A stretch of DNA of 64,000 bases from Clostridia bacterium (GCA_900751885.1 CAADTH010000045.1:92836-156835); one strand, 5' to 3'; shown: positions 1-11,161, counted from the stretch's first letter. Made by a program: numbers and translations. Notes: generated from the sequence alone by a model not told the origin.

Positions 1-324
1 CGACGCGCTTACAACTGGGATCTCTACTCCCATCACACCGCGAAGATGAATGTTCACGCTTTCCTCGATTTTAACCGAGTGCATCAAATCCTTGACATGG
101 TCAACACCCATCATGATATTTGCGCGTTCCAGCGCATGATATGCTTCAGCGAATGCCGAGTCGATTCCAGCCTGAATATCCTTTGCCTGTTCAATCAATT
201 GCATCATTTCGCGAATCAGGATATTGCGCTTTTTATCGAGCATCTCATACCCCTGCTTGGAAAGCCTGAGCGTATTTTTTGCCGACATCAAATTTCCCTT
301 GGTCGGCGCCATTGTCTGATTCAT
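1..324 (-). CDS. ntpD: V-type ATP synthase subunit D (partial; C-terminus lies beyond the window edge)
   Basis: Reverse translation from the ATG at 324-322 gives MNQTMAPTKGNLMSAKNTLRLSKQGYEMLDKKRNILIREMM..., the conserved PTK-NL-L-K N-terminus of subunit D. It follows subunits A and B in the operon. The listed + ORF 46..345 is its antisense shadow. Confidence 0.85.
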   Translation of the reverse strand, partial: MNQTMAPTKGNLMSAKNTLRLSKQGYEMLDKKRNILIREMMQLIEQAKDIQAGIDSAFAEAYHALERANIMMGVDHVKDLMHSVKIEESVNIHLRGVMGVEIPVVSAS

Positions 325-418
325 TCCACACCAATCCTTTCCTGAGAGTTATTTCTCCTACTCGTGGTATGGCAGGGCATACATTTCTTCTCTCCCATGC
401 CTGGATAAGAGAGAAAGC

Positions 419-1801
419 TTATGCCTTATAATATTTCTCCAGTGTCTCATCGCTTACGCGGTCGAGCTGGCTTTTCGGAAGCATTCCCAAAAGCTCCCAT
501 CCGAGGTCAAGCGTTGCACTGATGCTTCTATTCTCAAATTTCCCCTGCTGTAAGAATTTTTCCTCAAACGCTTTTCCAAACGCCATATATTTTTTATCCA
601 TGTCGGACAGCTCATCCTCACCGATAACCGATGCCAACGACCTTGCGTCCTCCACCTTGGAATATGCCGCAAACAGCTGGTTGGAAAGCTCTGGGTGATC
701 CGCGCGTGTAAACCCTTCTCCAATTCCGTCCTTCATCAAGCGCGACAAAGACGGAAGTACTGCAACAGGCGGATAGATTCCCTGAAGAGTTAGCTTTCTG
801 TCTAATACAATCTGTCCCTCTGTAATATATCCAGTCAAATCCGGAACTGGATGAGTGATATCGTCATTCGGCATAGTCAAAATCGGTACCTGTGTCACCG
901 ACCCATTTGCACCCTTGACAATCCCCGCGCGCTCATATAGAGATGCCAAGTCACTGTAAAGATAACCCGGGAACCCCTTTCTGCTCGGTATCTCCCCTTT
1001 GGAGGAGGAAACCTCACGCAGCGCCTCCGCGTAGGAGGTCATATCCGTCAGGATAACAAGCACGTGCATATTGTGGTTGAACGCCAGATACTCCGCCGCT
1101 GTGAGTGCACAGCGTGGCGTGATGATTCGTTCGACCACCGGGTCATTGGAAAGGTTCAAAAACATGACAACCTTCTGAAGCACACCGCTTTCCTCAAATG
1201 ACTTCTTAAAATAGGTCGCCACATCATGCTTGACGCCCATTGCCGCAAACACAATCGCAAAATTGTCGCCGTTTTCATCCTCGTCATCCGCAATTTTCGC
1301 TTGGCGTGCAATCTGCACAGCAAGCGCATCGTGCGGCATTCCGTCCCCTGAAAAAATCGGAAGCTTCTGTCCGCGAATCAGCGTAGACAGGCAGTCGATA
1401 GAGGAAATACCTGTCTGAATAAAGTTGTTCGGGTATTCTCTGGATACCGGGTTGATTGGCTGTCCATTCACATCTCGGTACTCGTCTGCAAAGTATTCCC
1501 CAAGTCCATCAATCGGACGTCCGATTCCATCCAATGTTCTTCCCAAAATCTCCTTTGACAGCGGAAGCTGCATCGGTCGCGCCTCCAGACGCGTTTTGGT
1601 ATTCGTCAAGGACAAACCGCTCGTCCCCTCAAATACTTGAATGACCGCCTTGCTTCCCTCCATCTGGATGATACGCCCAATGCGCTTTGTACCATCGGAA
1701 AGCGTCATGGTAACCATTTCCTCATAGGATGCGCCCTCCACACCGTCAATCACCGCAAGAGGACCTTCTATACTGTTTAATCCCAAATATTCTACTGCCA
1801 T
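419..1801 (-). CDS. ntpB: V-type ATP synthase subunit B
   Basis: 460 aa, with typical A/V-type B subunit sequence ([38 protein letters not shown]). Lies between subunits A and D. Confidence 0.95.
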   Translation of the reverse strand: MAVEYLGLNSIEGPLAVIDGVEGASYEEMVTMTLSDGTKRIGRIIQMEGSKAVIQVFEGTSGLSLTNTKTRLEARPMQLPLSKEILGRTLDGIGRPIDGLGEYFADEYRDVNGQPINPVSREYPNNFIQTGISSIDCLSTLIRGQKLPIFSGDGMPHDALAVQIARQAKIADDEDENGDNFAIVFAAMGVKHDVATYFKKSFEESGVLQKVVMFLNLSNDPVVERIITPRCALTAAEYLAFNHNMHVLVILTDMTSYAEALREVSSSKGEIPSRKGFPGYLYSDLASLYERAGIVKGANGSVTQVPILTMPNDDITHPVPDLTGYITEGQIVLDRKLTLQGIYPPVAVLPSLSRLMKDGIGEGFTRADHPELSNQLFAAYSKVEDARSLASVIGEDELSDMDKKYMAFGKAFEEKFLQQGKFENRSISATLDLGWELLGMLPKSQLDRVSDETLEKYYKA

Positions 1802-1813
1802 ATTCTGTCCTCC

Positions 1814-3583
1814 TTATCTATTTTTCTCGATGATATCCGACCAGCACGCGTCTATCTTCTGTTTGAGTTCATCAAATTTTGACAGCTCATCATTTGCAAT
1901 ATTGTACTTCACACGGATAACCTCCTCCAAAATTCCGCTCTCGCGAAGCTCGGAAACCAAAATACCGCGGTTTACAATATCCTCTACCTTGTCACCAAGA
2001 TACAAAATCAAATCCATCATTCTATATTGTTTTTCCAGCGGAACATACGTGTCATCCTTGTGGTACGCGTTCTGCTGCAGAAATCCCAAGCGAATCACAC
2101 GTGCGATTTCCAGCGTCGCCTTCTGGCTGTCCGGCAGGACATCCTCACCAATCAGCTTGACAATCTCCATCAAGCTGCTCTCTTCCTGGAGAATATTGAT
2201 TAGTCTTGCCCTGTCCCTGACAAAGCTTTTATTGATATTTGTCTCATACCAGTCCGCCAAATCGTCCACATACTCAGAATAACTCGTCAGCCACTCAATC
2301 GCCGGATAGTGTCTCGCATAGGCAAGGCTTTTGTCGAGCGCCCAGAAGCAACGGATAAACCGCTTGGTATTCTGTGTGACAGGCTCAGAAAAATCTGCGC
2401 CCTGCGGCGATACCGCGCCGATAATGGTGACAGAACCCTCTGTGCCGTTGATGTTGTCCACATACCCTGCCCGCTCATAAAACCCAGAGAGCCTTGACGC
2501 CAGATATGCGGGGAACCCTTCCTCTGCCGGCATTTCCTCCAGGCGACCGGATATCTCACGCAGTGCCTCTGCCCATCTCGACGTGGAATCCGCCATGATT
2601 GCCACGTGATATCCCATATCGCGGTAATACTCGGCGAGTGTAATTCCTGTGTAAATACTTGCCTCACGCGCCGCAACCGGCATATTGGATGTGTTCGCAA
2701 TCAACACTGTCCTGTCCAAAAGCGGCTTGCCTGATTTTGGATCTAGCAGCTCTGAAAATTCCTCCAACACCTGCGTCATCTCATTGCCGCGTTCTCCGCA
2801 TCCAATGTACACAATGATATCTGCGTCTGACCATTTCGCAAGCTGGTGCTGTGTCATGGTCTTTCCTGTTCCAAATCCTCCTGGAATCGCTGCCGCACCG
2901 CCCTTTGCAATCGGGAACATGGTGTCGATGACCCGCTGTCCTGTGATGAGCGGACGCTCAATCGGACGCCTTTCGGCATACGGACGCTGTATCCGAATTG
3001 GCCACTCCTGCTTCATGCAAAGCTCTTGGGTCTCCTTTTGCGTTTTCACCTTCACAATGCACTCACTAATGGTATAGGCTCCATTCGGCGCAGTCCACTC
3101 TACTGTTCCCTCAACTCCATTCGGAACCATCACCTTGTGCAAAATCTGTGAGGTTTCCTGCGTGGTCGCAATCACATCTCCGCCTTTTACGCTGTCGCCC
3201 GGCTTGACTGTAATGGTAACATCCCACTTTTTCTCCTCATCCAACGAATCGACTGTCACACCGCGTCCGATAAACGCGCCTGATTTTTCCTCAATGCTCC
3301 GAAGAGGACGCTCGATTCCATCAAAAATATTGCTGAGTATTCCCGGTGCAAGCGTGACGGAGAATGGTTTCCCCATTGCCTCCACCGGCTCATCAAGATG
3401 GATTCCCGTCGTCTCCTCATACACCTGCACAATCGCCGTATCGCCACTAATGCCAATGACCTCGCCAATCAGTCTCTCCTCTCCGACCAGCACCATCTCC
3501 TGCATCATGAAATCGGGATTCCCTTTTACCTGCACTACAGGACCGTTGATTCCATAAATATAACCCTTTCCTGATTCATCCAC
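1814..3583 (-). CDS. ntpA: V-type ATP synthase catalytic subunit A
   Basis: 589 aa with Walker A GGFGTGKT, plus GERGNEMT and PAYLASRLSGFYERAG motifs. Confidence 0.95.
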   Translation of the reverse strand: MDESGKGYIYGINGPVVQVKGNPDFMMQEMVLVGEERLIGEVIGISGDTAIVQVYEETTGIHLDEPVEAMGKPFSVTLAPGILSNIFDGIERPLRSIEEKSGAFIGRGVTVDSLDEEKKWDVTITVKPGDSVKGGDVIATTQETSQILHKVMVPNGVEGTVEWTAPNGAYTISECIVKVKTQKETQELCMKQEWPIRIQRPYAERRPIERPLITGQRVIDTMFPIAKGGAAAIPGGFGTGKTMTQHQLAKWSDADIIVYIGCGERGNEMTQVLEEFSELLDPKSGKPLLDRTVLIANTSNMPVAAREASIYTGITLAEYYRDMGYHVAIMADSTSRWAEALREISGRLEEMPAEEGFPAYLASRLSGFYERAGYVDNINGTEGSVTIIGAVSPQGADFSEPVTQNTKRFIRCFWALDKSLAYARHYPAIEWLTSYSEYVDDLADWYETNINKSFVRDRARLINILQEESSLMEIVKLIGEDVLPDSQKATLEIARVIRLGFLQQNAYHKDDTYVPLEKQYRMMDLILYLGDKVEDIVNRGILVSELRESGILEEVIRVKYNIANDELSKFDELKQKIDACWSDIIEKNR

Positions 3584-3624
3584 AAATTTTCACCGCCTCT
3601 AACTGCGGTCACCCGCAAAATATA

Positions 3625-4221
3625 TTATCCAATTACCAAGCCGCTTGTCTGTAGAAAGCTGCGCTTTTCCGCTTCCAGCCTCTCCTGCATGGAATAATCG
3701 GCAAACACTTTCTTGTCACGGTTATATATTTTCACACCGCCCAAAAAACTATTGTCCTCCCCAGCTTCTATCTCTACATTGCCAAGCTCTTTTTTGAGCG
3801 CTTGCACGTACTTCATATCCTCCGGCATCACATATACCAAAACATCTCCTCCGCCGACTTCCTCTGCCGCCTGCCGCGCCCGTGCCAACAGCCATGCCTC
3901 ATAGTCCGGCGATTTTAAAAATGCTTTGATTTTTTCCTCCACCTCGGAAAACACTTCTTCAATGATTGCTTCCCGCTTCAAAATCAATGCCTTTTTCAGC
4001 TCCATTTCTACCTTGAGCACACGCTCATTGTTTTCCCTGCTGCTTTTTGATACTGCCTTTTGGATATCGGAATATGCCTCAGACAAACACTCCATTTCTC
4101 TTGTTTCCTTCGCTTTTTTCCGTTCTTTTTCTACCTCAGCGAGCATACTCTCCCGTTTTTCGTTTGCATCCGCCAGGACAAACTTTGAAAAATGCGCAAG
4201 CTTTTCTTCTACTAATGCCAT
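3625..4221 (-). CDS. ntpE: V-type ATP synthase subunit E (peripheral stalk)
   Basis: 198 aa with a charged coiled-coil N-terminal half and a globular C-terminus. Position immediately upstream of A in the operon. Confidence 0.75.
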   Translation of the reverse strand: MALVEEKLAHFSKFVLADANEKRESMLAEVEKERKKAKETREMECLSEAYSDIQKAVSKSSRENNERVLKVEMELKKALILKREAIIEEVFSEVEEKIKAFLKSPDYEAWLLARARQAAEEVGGGDVLVYVMPEDMKYVQALKKELGNVEIEAGEDNSFLGGVKIYNRDKKVFADYSMQERLEAEKRSFLQTSGLVIG

Positions 4222-4236
4222 TGTCTCTCCCTCCAG

Positions 4237-4551
4237 TTAAAGCTTTAACCCAATCGCCTCGCGCACGTGGCGGTTGATGCTGTCCGCGATATCACGGCTT
4301 CCATGCCGGTCCGGGATTTCCACAATCAAGGGCACCGGAGTCGTTAGCTTTAGCTCCCTCACATAGTCTGGAATCAACTTCCCGAGCTTTTCTGTCAAAA
4401 GGATAATCGCAATATCCTCCTGACTGACAGCGCGGTCGAGCTCTTCCCTTACCTGCTGTGCCTCATGGATGACACACCCTTCCACCCCGGCAAGGCGCAT
4501 CCCGATTTGTGTATCGACATTATCGCTGATTAAATACATCCGCATCGTCAT
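4237..4551 (-). CDS. ntpF: V-type ATP synthase subunit F
   Basis: 104 aa. IGMRLAGVEG ... IAIILLTEKL is the typical ATP-synt_F pattern, and the operon context fits. Confidence 0.8.
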   Translation of the reverse strand: MTMRMYLISDNVDTQIGMRLAGVEGCVIHEAQQVREELDRAVSQEDIAIILLTEKLGKLIPDYVRELKLTTPVPLIVEIPDRHGSRDIADSINRHVREAIGLKL

Positions 4552-4562
4552 TCATCCCTTTA

Positions 4563-5006
4563 TTAAGAATTGAACAGAATCAAGAATGAAATAATTAAGC
4601 CATACAACGCAATACCTTCCGCCAATGCAACGAAAATCAATGTCTTACCCATGATTTTCTCATTCTCACTCATCGCACCGATTGCCGCGCTCGCAGAAGA
4701 CGATACCGCAATACCGCCTCCGATTCCCGAAAGCCCCGTCGCAAGCGCCGCGCCGATAAATTTCATTCCGTCTCCGATTCCTGCTGTCCCTGCCGCCGTT
4801 CCTGCCGCAAGAGCGCTCGCGCCACCGCCGAGCATCACAATCGTCCCCAGTCCGATGATACTAAAAAAACTGATAATATTCATCAAAAGGCACTGCTTTT
4901 TATTTTGTCTGCCCGTCGCGTAGAATATCCCCAGTGGTACAATAATACTAAGCGCTACCAATACAAAAAGAATTGTCAACATCATTTTTATTTCCTCCCA
5001 ATACAC
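4563..5006 (-). CDS. ntpK: V-type ATP synthase subunit K (proteolipid c-ring)
   Basis: 147 aa, Gly/Ala-rich TM helices, conserved carboxylate in VALAEGIALYG. The start could instead be the internal MM at about 4985. Confidence 0.85.
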   Translation of the reverse strand: MYWEEIKMMLTILFVLVALSIIVPLGIFYATGRQNKKQCLLMNIISFFSIIGLGTIVMLGGGASALAAGTAAGTAGIGDGMKFIGAALATGLSGIGGGIAVSSSASAAIGAMSENEKIMGKTLIFVALAEGIALYGLIISFLILFNS

Positions 5007-5085
5007 ATTTTTTTATTTATTACGCCGGGAGATGACAGCAGTCAAACATGTTATGTTCGACACATTCATCTGACGGATTATTGTT

Positions 5086-6972
5086 TTACTTCTCAATCTG
5101 ATGAAACTGCTTGCCCTCACCCTCGAAATACCGGCTGAACATCTCATAGTATTCCAGCCTCAGCACCTGTATGCCGACAATCAGTCCCTCCAGTCCCATT
5201 ACAACCCCATTTCCAATAACCTGAACCACTACTCCGGCGCCGCCTGCCTGTCTTGCAAGCACGCCGACCACCATCATCATTCCCACATGAATGATTGCAA
5301 ATGCCCCCACACGCAGAAACGAAATTGTGTTTGTGATGTAGCTTAAAAGCACATCGAACATTTCAAAGAAGTTCTCTACATAGAACATGCCGCTTTTTGG
5401 AAACCAATTTTTCTTTCCGGAAAGTAGCTGAGAAAGAGGCTCCTGCATAAAAATCGCCAAAAATGGAACGATTAGCAAAAGCACTGTCAGCCAAACCGGC
5501 AGCTTCATCCCACCAAACAGGAATACACTTGCCACCGTCACCAAAAGCACTCCATAAAACAAAAGTCCTGACAGTCCATTTTGGCTAAACAGCAGCTTCC
5601 CCCATCTTCGTTGGCGCACTGCATTGACCATATTGACAATCATGCAGAATATAATGAGGAATATCCCAATCGCGACAGCTCCCATCAGCATAAAACTGAT
5701 TTTATCCATTGGTTCAATGAGTCGCACTCCCGCGAGAATCTCTTCATTTCCAAACAAGCTTCCATATACGAAGCCAAACGCCGTGCCGGTCACGCCTACA
5801 AGCGACACAATCGCCGCAAGGTCTATCTTCTTTATCTTATAAATCAAAAATCCAACGATAGCAAAGAGCAAGCTCTGTCCCACATCGCCAAACATGATAC
5901 CGAATAGCAGCATGTACGTGACGGCAAGAATCGGCGTCGGGTCAATCTCCCCATAGCTCGGAAGACCATACATCTTGACAAAGAGTTCAAACGGACGAAA
6001 CAGAGCGATGTTTTTCAGCTTTGTAGGCGGACGGATTGACGTGACCTCCTCTGGCTCCTCGACAACGACCACGATTCTCTCATCCCGATCGGATTCAGCC
6101 TCCAATCGCTTTGCTTCCCTTTTAGGCATCCAGCCGACAATATAGAAAAAATCGCGTGTGTGCGCGGCGCTTTTTTTCACTTCACAAATGCGCTGCCGCT
6201 CTTTCGCCGCCAAATACATATCAGAAAGCTCCAAATAGGAGGTTTTCACTGATTCCTTGATACTCTCCGTCGTCCTTTGAATTTGCTCTTTGAGTGTATC
6301 GATTTCTCTTAAAATTTCTGCTTTGGATTGCCTCGGAGTTCCTGTTACCTTGTCTGAAATCATAATCCGCTCAAAATACAACGACGCAAATACCGCGTCA
6401 ATCTTATCTTCCAGAGCCGCAGGCATAAAATAAAATCCCCAAATATCGTTTTCATCCTCCGCTGTCTTAATAAACACCGCGTCCAAATCATCCAGATACG
6501 TATTAAGTGTTTTATATCCCAGCCTTGGAATGCGTCCAAACCGAAATTTCAGAAACTCAAACTCAAACAGTCTTGGAAGATCCACATCGAAATCAATCAT
6601 CGTGTCAAGCTGTCTGAGTATCATCTGGTTTTCCCCAATTTGCTTCTCAAGCCGGAATCTTTCCTGCCGGCTCTCCTCAATCAGCTCTGTGATTTCACCG
6701 GTTTTCTTTGTCATTTGCTCCAGCGTAAATTCCTTCTCTGTGCACATCGTTTCCTTTGGCAAAAGTCCTGCTGCGCTTAAAACATCAAAAATGCTCTTGG
6801 CAACCACATGATAGCGGTTGTCCTCCGCGTAAGAAAACAGTTTCTTGTTGTCAAGAGCGGACATTGCGTCCTCCAGATGAATCTGTCTGCCTTCGATATA
6901 TTCCTTTACCACCTCGTCGAATGTATCAATGCGTCCTGCAATCGTCACCGCCTGCATTTTTAAAATCGGCAC
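5086..6972 (-). CDS. ntpI: V-type ATP synthase subunit I (a-subunit homologue)
   Basis: 628 aa with a soluble coiled N-terminal half and a polytopic C-terminal half containing LRLEYYEMFSRYFEG-type sequence. Operon context fits. Confidence 0.85.
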   Translation of the reverse strand: MPILKMQAVTIAGRIDTFDEVVKEYIEGRQIHLEDAMSALDNKKLFSYAEDNRYHVVAKSIFDVLSAAGLLPKETMCTEKEFTLEQMTKKTGEITELIEESRQERFRLEKQIGENQMILRQLDTMIDFDVDLPRLFEFEFLKFRFGRIPRLGYKTLNTYLDDLDAVFIKTAEDENDIWGFYFMPAALEDKIDAVFASLYFERIMISDKVTGTPRQSKAEILREIDTLKEQIQRTTESIKESVKTSYLELSDMYLAAKERQRICEVKKSAAHTRDFFYIVGWMPKREAKRLEAESDRDERIVVVVEEPEEVTSIRPPTKLKNIALFRPFELFVKMYGLPSYGEIDPTPILAVTYMLLFGIMFGDVGQSLLFAIVGFLIYKIKKIDLAAIVSLVGVTGTAFGFVYGSLFGNEEILAGVRLIEPMDKISFMLMGAVAIGIFLIIFCMIVNMVNAVRQRRWGKLLFSQNGLSGLLFYGVLLVTVASVFLFGGMKLPVWLTVLLLIVPFLAIFMQEPLSQLLSGKKNWFPKSGMFYVENFFEMFDVLLSYITNTISFLRVGAFAIIHVGMMMVVGVLARQAGGAGVVVQVIGNGVVMGLEGLIVGIQVLRLEYYEMFSRYFEGEGKQFHQIEK

Positions 6973-6994
6973 TGCTATCCCCCCTTTCTATGCG

Positions 6995-8032
6995 TTAATA
7001 ATAAATATGCTCGCAAATGGCGTCTGCATCGAAACTATAACGAATTCCTTCGATAATCGTCGTCAGATTCTTGATTTCATTCTCCTTCATCTGAAAATAT
7101 GCAAACACCGCCGCCATAGACTCCGGAGCGGTATGGTAAATTTTCTTGCTCTGTTCATATAACACCCTGCGGTAAATTTCCTCGCTGAAAAATCCTTCTG
7201 ACAAATGCTCAAATAGTCCGCCATAGCGCGTTTTGAGCACCATATCTTTCACATCCTCCGCACGCTCTGCTTCGACCATCTTAGCGATTGCATCCTCCGA
7301 AAGGCGGTATCGGACCGGAATCAGGTAGGTATAGATGATTTCGTTCGGCATACTATAGTACCGCTTGCTTCTGTAAATCCACAAAATATTGAGCATGTCA
7401 ATACTCTGTCCGATATATTCAGAAAAATACGATATATTTTTCTTTTCCGTATACTTGTTTTTTGCCTGCCACAGCCTTGTATAGAAAAAGCCGTCCAACC
7501 GCATGGCAGTAGCAAACAAATCCGTATCGATGCTGATTGCGCGCTTTAACACCTCATAAAAATCTGTCCTTCTGCACGCTTCAACCACAGACTGCAAATC
7601 ATTTGCCTGTGCAATTTTCTCTAAATCAATCCGCGTATGACGCCGAAAAAACAGCGGAACCTCCTCCTGCTGCGGCATATCGCTCTCCTTCTCATGCGTC
7701 AAAATTCTCCTGAGATGCTGCTTTACAAATTCATTTTCCTCCTGATAGAACAAAAATTTTAATACCCTTCTCTGCTCCAGATTCATAAAGTCATACATTC
7801 TCGTATATTCATCCCGGTACTGCTTTTCAATGAGAAGCTCCAAATCTGTCCTGTGGATATCCCCCTCATTGATATCGGAAAGCACCCGGCGGTAGCTTGT
7901 ATTGTTTTTCAGATAACTGCATACCTCTCCCACACTCTGTTTGGTCATCAACTGCCTGTAGTCCTCTTGCGTCAAAAAGCCTGCATGCATCGTTTTTACC
8001 TTTGCCGAAACCGCCGCATATTGAAACAGCAT
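6995..8032 (-). CDS. ntpC: V-type ATP synthase subunit C (d/AC39 homologue)
   Basis: 345 aa, all-helical, located upstream of subunit I in the operon. Confidence 0.8.
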   Translation of the reverse strand: MLFQYAAVSAKVKTMHAGFLTQEDYRQLMTKQSVGEVCSYLKNNTSYRRVLSDINEGDIHRTDLELLIEKQYRDEYTRMYDFMNLEQRRVLKFLFYQEENEFVKQHLRRILTHEKESDMPQQEEVPLFFRRHTRIDLEKIAQANDLQSVVEACRRTDFYEVLKRAISIDTDLFATAMRLDGFFYTRLWQAKNKYTEKKNISYFSEYIGQSIDMLNILWIYRSKRYYSMPNEIIYTYLIPVRYRLSEDAIAKMVEAERAEDVKDMVLKTRYGGLFEHLSEGFFSEEIYRRVLYEQSKKIYHTAPESMAAVFAYFQMKENEIKNLTTIIEGIRYSFDADAICEHIYY

Positions 8033-8048
8033 TTGCTCACAACCTTTC

Positions 8049-8360
8049 TCAAATTTTTGTCACGTTCTCAAAAATTTGATTCACCCACTTTATCTTGTTT
8101 GCCTGACATGTTTTGTCCAGTTCCACTTCCTCGGCTGCGATTCGCTGTCTGATTCCCTGTATTTTTTTATCTGCCATCTCTTTTTCGAGCGCTGAGATGG
8201 TTTCCTTTTTCTTCTCTACACGCTCATCCATTTCACTGCGGATTGCTTCGATATCCTCCAAAATGGTAGCAGAAAGTTCCTCTTTTTCCTTTTTTGCATC
8301 CTCTACCACGCTTTGCGCTCTGTCCTCGATGTCAATAATTTTTTGAATCAACTTGTCCAT
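8049..8360 (-). CDS. Small coiled-coil protein, probable V-ATPase G/H-like stalk subunit
   Basis: 103 aa, highly charged E/K-rich helix, first gene of the V-ATPase operon. Assigned by position and composition only. Confidence 0.5.
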   Translation of the reverse strand: MDKLIQKIIDIEDRAQSVVEDAKKEKEELSATILEDIEAIRSEMDERVEKKKETISALEKEMADKKIQGIRQRIAAEEVELDKTCQANKIKWVNQIFENVTKI

Positions 8361-8390
8361 AACGCTCTCCCTTTCCGCCTTTTGCCAGGC

Positions 8391-9758
8391 TTAGTTTTTC
8401 AGGCTTTGAATCGGTGCCGGGATTCTTCCCCCGCGCGCAATAAATTCATCGCTTTGATACTCACTCGTGCGCATGACAGGTCCGCTTCCCAAAAGTCCTC
8501 CGAACTCCACCACATCGCCCACTTTTTTTCCTGGTGCAGGAATAATACGCACCGCTGTCGTTTTGGTATTGACCATCCCAATCGCCGCTTCGTCCGCGAT
8601 AATCGCTGAAATGGTGCTCGCCGGCGTATCGCCCGGCACAACGACCATATCCAGTCCCACCGAGCAAACGCACGTCATTGCCTCCAGCTTCTCCAAAGAC
8701 AGCGCACCGCACTTTGCCGCATCAATCATGCCTGCATCCTCGCTGACCGGAATAAACGCGCCGGACAGTCCTCCCACGTAGGAGGACGCCATCACGCCGC
8801 CCTTTTTCACCGCGTCATTCAAAAGCGCAAGCGCCGCCGTCGTACCGTGCGTGCCGCATTTTTCCAATCCCATCTCCTCCAGAATATAGGCGACACTGTC
8901 ACCCACCGCCGGTGTCGGCGCAAGAGACAAATCCACAATTCCAAACGGCACATTGAGCCTTCTTGACGCTTCGCGCGCCACAAGCTGTCCCATTCTTGTT
9001 ATCTTGAACGCAGTCTTTTTGATGGTATCCGCTACAATGCCAAACGGCTCTCCCTTGACCTTCTCAAGCGCACACTTAACCACGCCGGGACCACTCACTC
9101 CCACATTGATAACTGAGTCTCCCTCACCCTCGCCGTGAAAGGCACCTGCCATAAACGGATTATCCTCAACCGCATTTGCAAATACAACGAGCTTCGCACA
9201 GGCAAATCCGTCCGACTCTGCTGTGAGATTCGCCGCCTCCTTGACGATGCGCCCCATCTGTGCCACCGCGTCCATGTTGATTCCTGCCCTTGTCGAACCA
9301 ACATTCACACTGGAGCACACAAGCTCTGTCTGCGAAAGCGCTTTTGGAATCGACTCAATTAACAGCCGTTCACCCTGTGTGAATCCCTTATGCACCAACG
9401 CACTGTATCCGCCGATAAAATTGACGCCTGTGGTCTTTGCCGCACGGTCAAGCGTCTTTGCAAGACGCACACATTTTTCCACATCCGGCGCATCCAATGC
9501 ATCGACGAGCGTTGCAATTGGCGTGACAGAAATCCGTTTATTGATAATCGGAATACCATACTGGCTTTCAATATCCTCCCCAACCTTTACAAGATCCTTC
9601 GCATAGGCTGTGATTTTGTTATATACCTTTTCACAGGCACGGTCAATATCTGGGTCCACACAATTTTTCAAGGATATCCCCATCGTAATCGTGCGAATGT
9701 CCAAATTCTCTTTGTCAATCATATTGACTGTTTCAATCACTTCAAAAGGATTAATCAT
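8391..9758 (-). CDS. UPF0210 / DUF711 (PFL-family) protein
   Basis: 455 aa. The N-terminus [30 protein letters not shown] is characteristic of the UPF0210 family, and it is paired with the small ACT protein upstream, as is usual for this family. Confidence 0.8.
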   Translation of the reverse strand: MINPFEVIETVNMIDKENLDIRTITMGISLKNCVDPDIDRACEKVYNKITAYAKDLVKVGEDIESQYGIPIINKRISVTPIATLVDALDAPDVEKCVRLAKTLDRAAKTTGVNFIGGYSALVHKGFTQGERLLIESIPKALSQTELVCSSVNVGSTRAGINMDAVAQMGRIVKEAANLTAESDGFACAKLVVFANAVEDNPFMAGAFHGEGEGDSVINVGVSGPGVVKCALEKVKGEPFGIVADTIKKTAFKITRMGQLVAREASRRLNVPFGIVDLSLAPTPAVGDSVAYILEEMGLEKCGTHGTTAALALLNDAVKKGGVMASSYVGGLSGAFIPVSEDAGMIDAAKCGALSLEKLEAMTCVCSVGLDMVVVPGDTPASTISAIIADEAAIGMVNTKTTAVRIIPAPGKKVGDVVEFGGLLGSGPVMRTSEYQSDEFIARGGRIPAPIQSLKN

Positions 9759-9775
9759 AACGCTCTCCTACTTCT

Positions 9776-10045
9776 TTATATTCTATGCATGGACTCAAAT
9801 ACAGCCTCGTTCTGGACATGGATTGTAAGCTCCATCTCCTGTCCGAGCTGATTCATCTCACTGGATAGTTCTTTCACATCCACCTGCGCCCGCTCTACAT
9901 CGACGAGCATAATCATGGTAAACATATTCTGCATAATTGTTTGGGAAATATCGAGTATATTCACATCCCTCTCAGCCAAAATGCGGCTCACATTGGAAAT
10001 AATGCCTACCTTATCGCTTCCCACTACTGTAATTACTGCTTTCAT
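9776..10045 (-). CDS. ACT domain protein (UPF0237 family)
   Basis: 89 aa. MKAVITVVGSDKVGIISNVSRILAE is an ACT fold signature, and the gene shows the conserved pairing with UPF0210. Confidence 0.8.
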   Translation of the reverse strand: MKAVITVVGSDKVGIISNVSRILAERDVNILDISQTIMQNMFTMIMLVDVERAQVDVKELSSEMNQLGQEMELTIHVQNEAVFESMHRI

Positions 10046-10267
10046 TCATTCCCTCCAAGCTTTTATCTCTGTCAAAAATAGAAAAGTGTAACCCTTTACC
10101 GGATCACACTATGTACCTTTATCATTATCTTAATACCATTCTAGGCAAAAATCCAGCTCTATATCGCGCTTTATTCAGTAATATCGCATTAAATCAACTA
10201 TTTTCTCTCTGTTTTCTTCTATTTTCTTTTATATTCTTTTGATATCTTCGATTATCGAATCTATAGT

Positions 10268-10308
10268 CTTTTCATCAGAAATTCTGCACAAGAATTTCTG
10301 ATGAAAAG
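10268..10308. terminator. Perfect 18-bp-stem hairpin downstream of rlmB (no clean U-tract)
   Basis: cttttcatcagaaattct (10268-10285) pairs perfectly with agaatttctgatgaaaag (10291-10308), with a 5-nt loop. Confidence 0.4.
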
Positions 10309-10335
10309 ATTGTTATTTTATACACAATGTTTTAC

Positions 10336-11082
10336 TTATTTTCCCATGCTGCTTTTTTTCTGCCGCACCACCTCATACATCAACACAGCTGCCGCCACGG
10401 ATGCGTTGAGCGAGCCTATCTGTCCGAACATCGGAATGGTGACGAGGAAATCACAGGTTTCCTTTACCAGCCTGCTGATTCCCTCTCCCTCACTTCCAAT
10501 GACAAGTCCGACTGCACCCGTGAGATTCGTCCCGTACATCTCCTCTCCGTCCATATCTGCTCCCGCAATCCAAAGTCCCTTTTCCTTGAGCGATTTAATG
10601 GTCTGCACCAAGTTCGTCACACGTGCGACCGGCGTGTATTCCACTGCTCCTGCAGAGGTTTTCGCCACAATCGAGCTGAGCCCCACACTGCTTCGCTTAG
10701 GAATGATGACCCCATGTGCGCCTGTGCAGTTCGCAGTCCTTAAAATCGATCCCAAATTATGTGGGTCTGTTATCTTATCACAGATGATAACAAACGGCTC
10801 CTCACCCTTTTCTTCTGCATGTTTTAAAATCTCATCGACTGACGCATACTCGTGTACTGCCACCAGCGCGATAACCCCCTGGTGGTTGCCTGTCTCACTC
10901 ATGGAGTCCAGCTTCTGCTTCTCAACCTCCTGAATGATGATACCCTGCTCCTTTGCCTTTCGGATAATCGGCACGAGTGAACCCTCAAAGTTTCCTTTTT
11001 TCACAAGGAGCTTGTCAATTTCCCGCCCGGCGCGTATCGCCTCCATAACTGGATTTCTTCCCTCAATTTTGTCTTTGTCCAC
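10336..11082 (-). CDS. rlmB: 23S rRNA (guanosine-2'-O)-methyltransferase, TrmH/SpoU family
   Basis: 248 aa. IEGRNPVMEAIRAG N-terminal substrate-binding domain, and SpoU motifs LGSILRTA, VIGSEGEGIS, SLNASVAAAV. Confidence 0.85.
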   Translation of the reverse strand: MDKDKIEGRNPVMEAIRAGREIDKLLVKKGNFEGSLVPIIRKAKEQGIIIQEVEKQKLDSMSETGNHQGVIALVAVHEYASVDEILKHAEEKGEEPFVIICDKITDPHNLGSILRTANCTGAHGVIIPKRSSVGLSSIVAKTSAGAVEYTPVARVTNLVQTIKSLKEKGLWIAGADMDGEEMYGTNLTGAVGLVIGSEGEGISRLVKETCDFLVTIPMFGQIGSLNASVAAAVLMYEVVRQKKSSMGK

Positions 11083-11161
11083 ATTCTCTCCCCCTCTTTA
11101 CCATTCTCTTTTGATGGTATGGTGTTCTCTTTTTCCCATCCAATCCCATTCTTTCTGAAAA

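Noticed and set aside
46-345. 99-aa plus-strand ORF at the window start
   Set aside because: It is antisense to a clear V-ATPase subunit D reading frame (MNQTMAPTKGNLM...) that continues the A-B-D operon. It is a shadow ORF.
4563-5006. Attempt to call Na+ versus H+ specificity of the V-ATPase from the K subunit
   Set aside because: Only the conserved carboxylate is evident by eye. The auxiliary Na+-ligand residues cannot be aligned reliably without a proper alignment.
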